Below, one piece after another: positions 26,685-26,787 of a DNA stretch of 26,787 nt (position 1 is the first letter of the stretch; every line of letters starts with the position of its first letter). The translations under genes and the position numbers were made by a program. The stretch covers positions 1-26,787 of the forward strand of contig JAPLMH010000155.1 of NCBI GenBank assembly GCA_026387135.1. Reading direction: 5' to 3'. The notes under the pieces are model-generated. The model worked only from the letters and a program-made list of their open reading frames with translations, was not told the DNA's origin and made no database searches. The DNA is from Candidatus Omnitrophota bacterium (GTDB taxonomy: Bacteria; Omnitrophota; Gorgyraeia; 2-01-FULL-45-10).

Positions 26685-26787
26685 ATGGCGCGTATCGGGT
26701 TGGTCGCTGGATATGGGGAGCTGCCTTTAATATTCGCCAAAAAAGCTAAAGAGAAGGGTGATACAGTAATAGCCCTGGGCCTTAAAG
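26685..26787 (+). CDS. lpxI: LpxI-family UDP-2,3-diacylglucosamine pyrophosphatase (3'-partial)
   Basis: MARIGLVAGYGELPLIFAKKAKEKGDTVIALGLK fits the LpxI N-terminus (IGL.AG.G..P); lipid A operon context. Only 34 codons visible. Confidence 0.75.
   Translation, partial: MARIGLVAGYGELPLIFAKKAKEKGDTVIALGLK

Overview
Dense housekeeping region of a diderm bacterium (lipid A and BAM genes present). The SpoVG with a zinc ribbon, the split transketolase and the gene order suggest the PVC neighbourhood, possibly Ca. Omnitrophota; this is inference, not a database result. All genes but one are on the + strand. Order: rpiB(partial)-glyA-dCMP deaminase-small lipoprotein-nrdR-AmmeMemoRadiSam radical SAM > inverted-repeat element < SurA/PpiD-like; divergent promoters; lsrF-like aldolase/thiolase-Zn dehydrogenase; hisG-bS22-like peptide-TPR-tktN-FtsH-like-lipoprotein-tktC-ispE-spoVG-tRNA-Gln-glmU-prs-rplY-pth; rpsF-ssb-rpsR-rplI-dnaB-bamA-skp-lpxD-lpxC-fabZ-lpxI(partial). 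No transposase, integrase, phage gene, CRISPR array or rRNA was seen. Two real-looking small genes are missing from the ORF track (48-aa lipoprotein, 29-aa bS22-like protein). At least six genes, most of them normally essential, carry lesions (apparent deletions in glyA, radical SAM, bamA, lpxD; a 1-nt frameshift in the TPR gene; an internal TAA in prs), most simply explained by a low-coverage or gap-collapsed assembly. No new system is proven. The best candidates are the FtsH-like protease + unknown lipoprotein module inside the split transketolase, a two-state RNA switch over the rplI RBS, a structured rplY leader, heptamer arrays recruited into a lipoprotein signal peptide, and an orphan lsrF-like/dehydrogenase operon.
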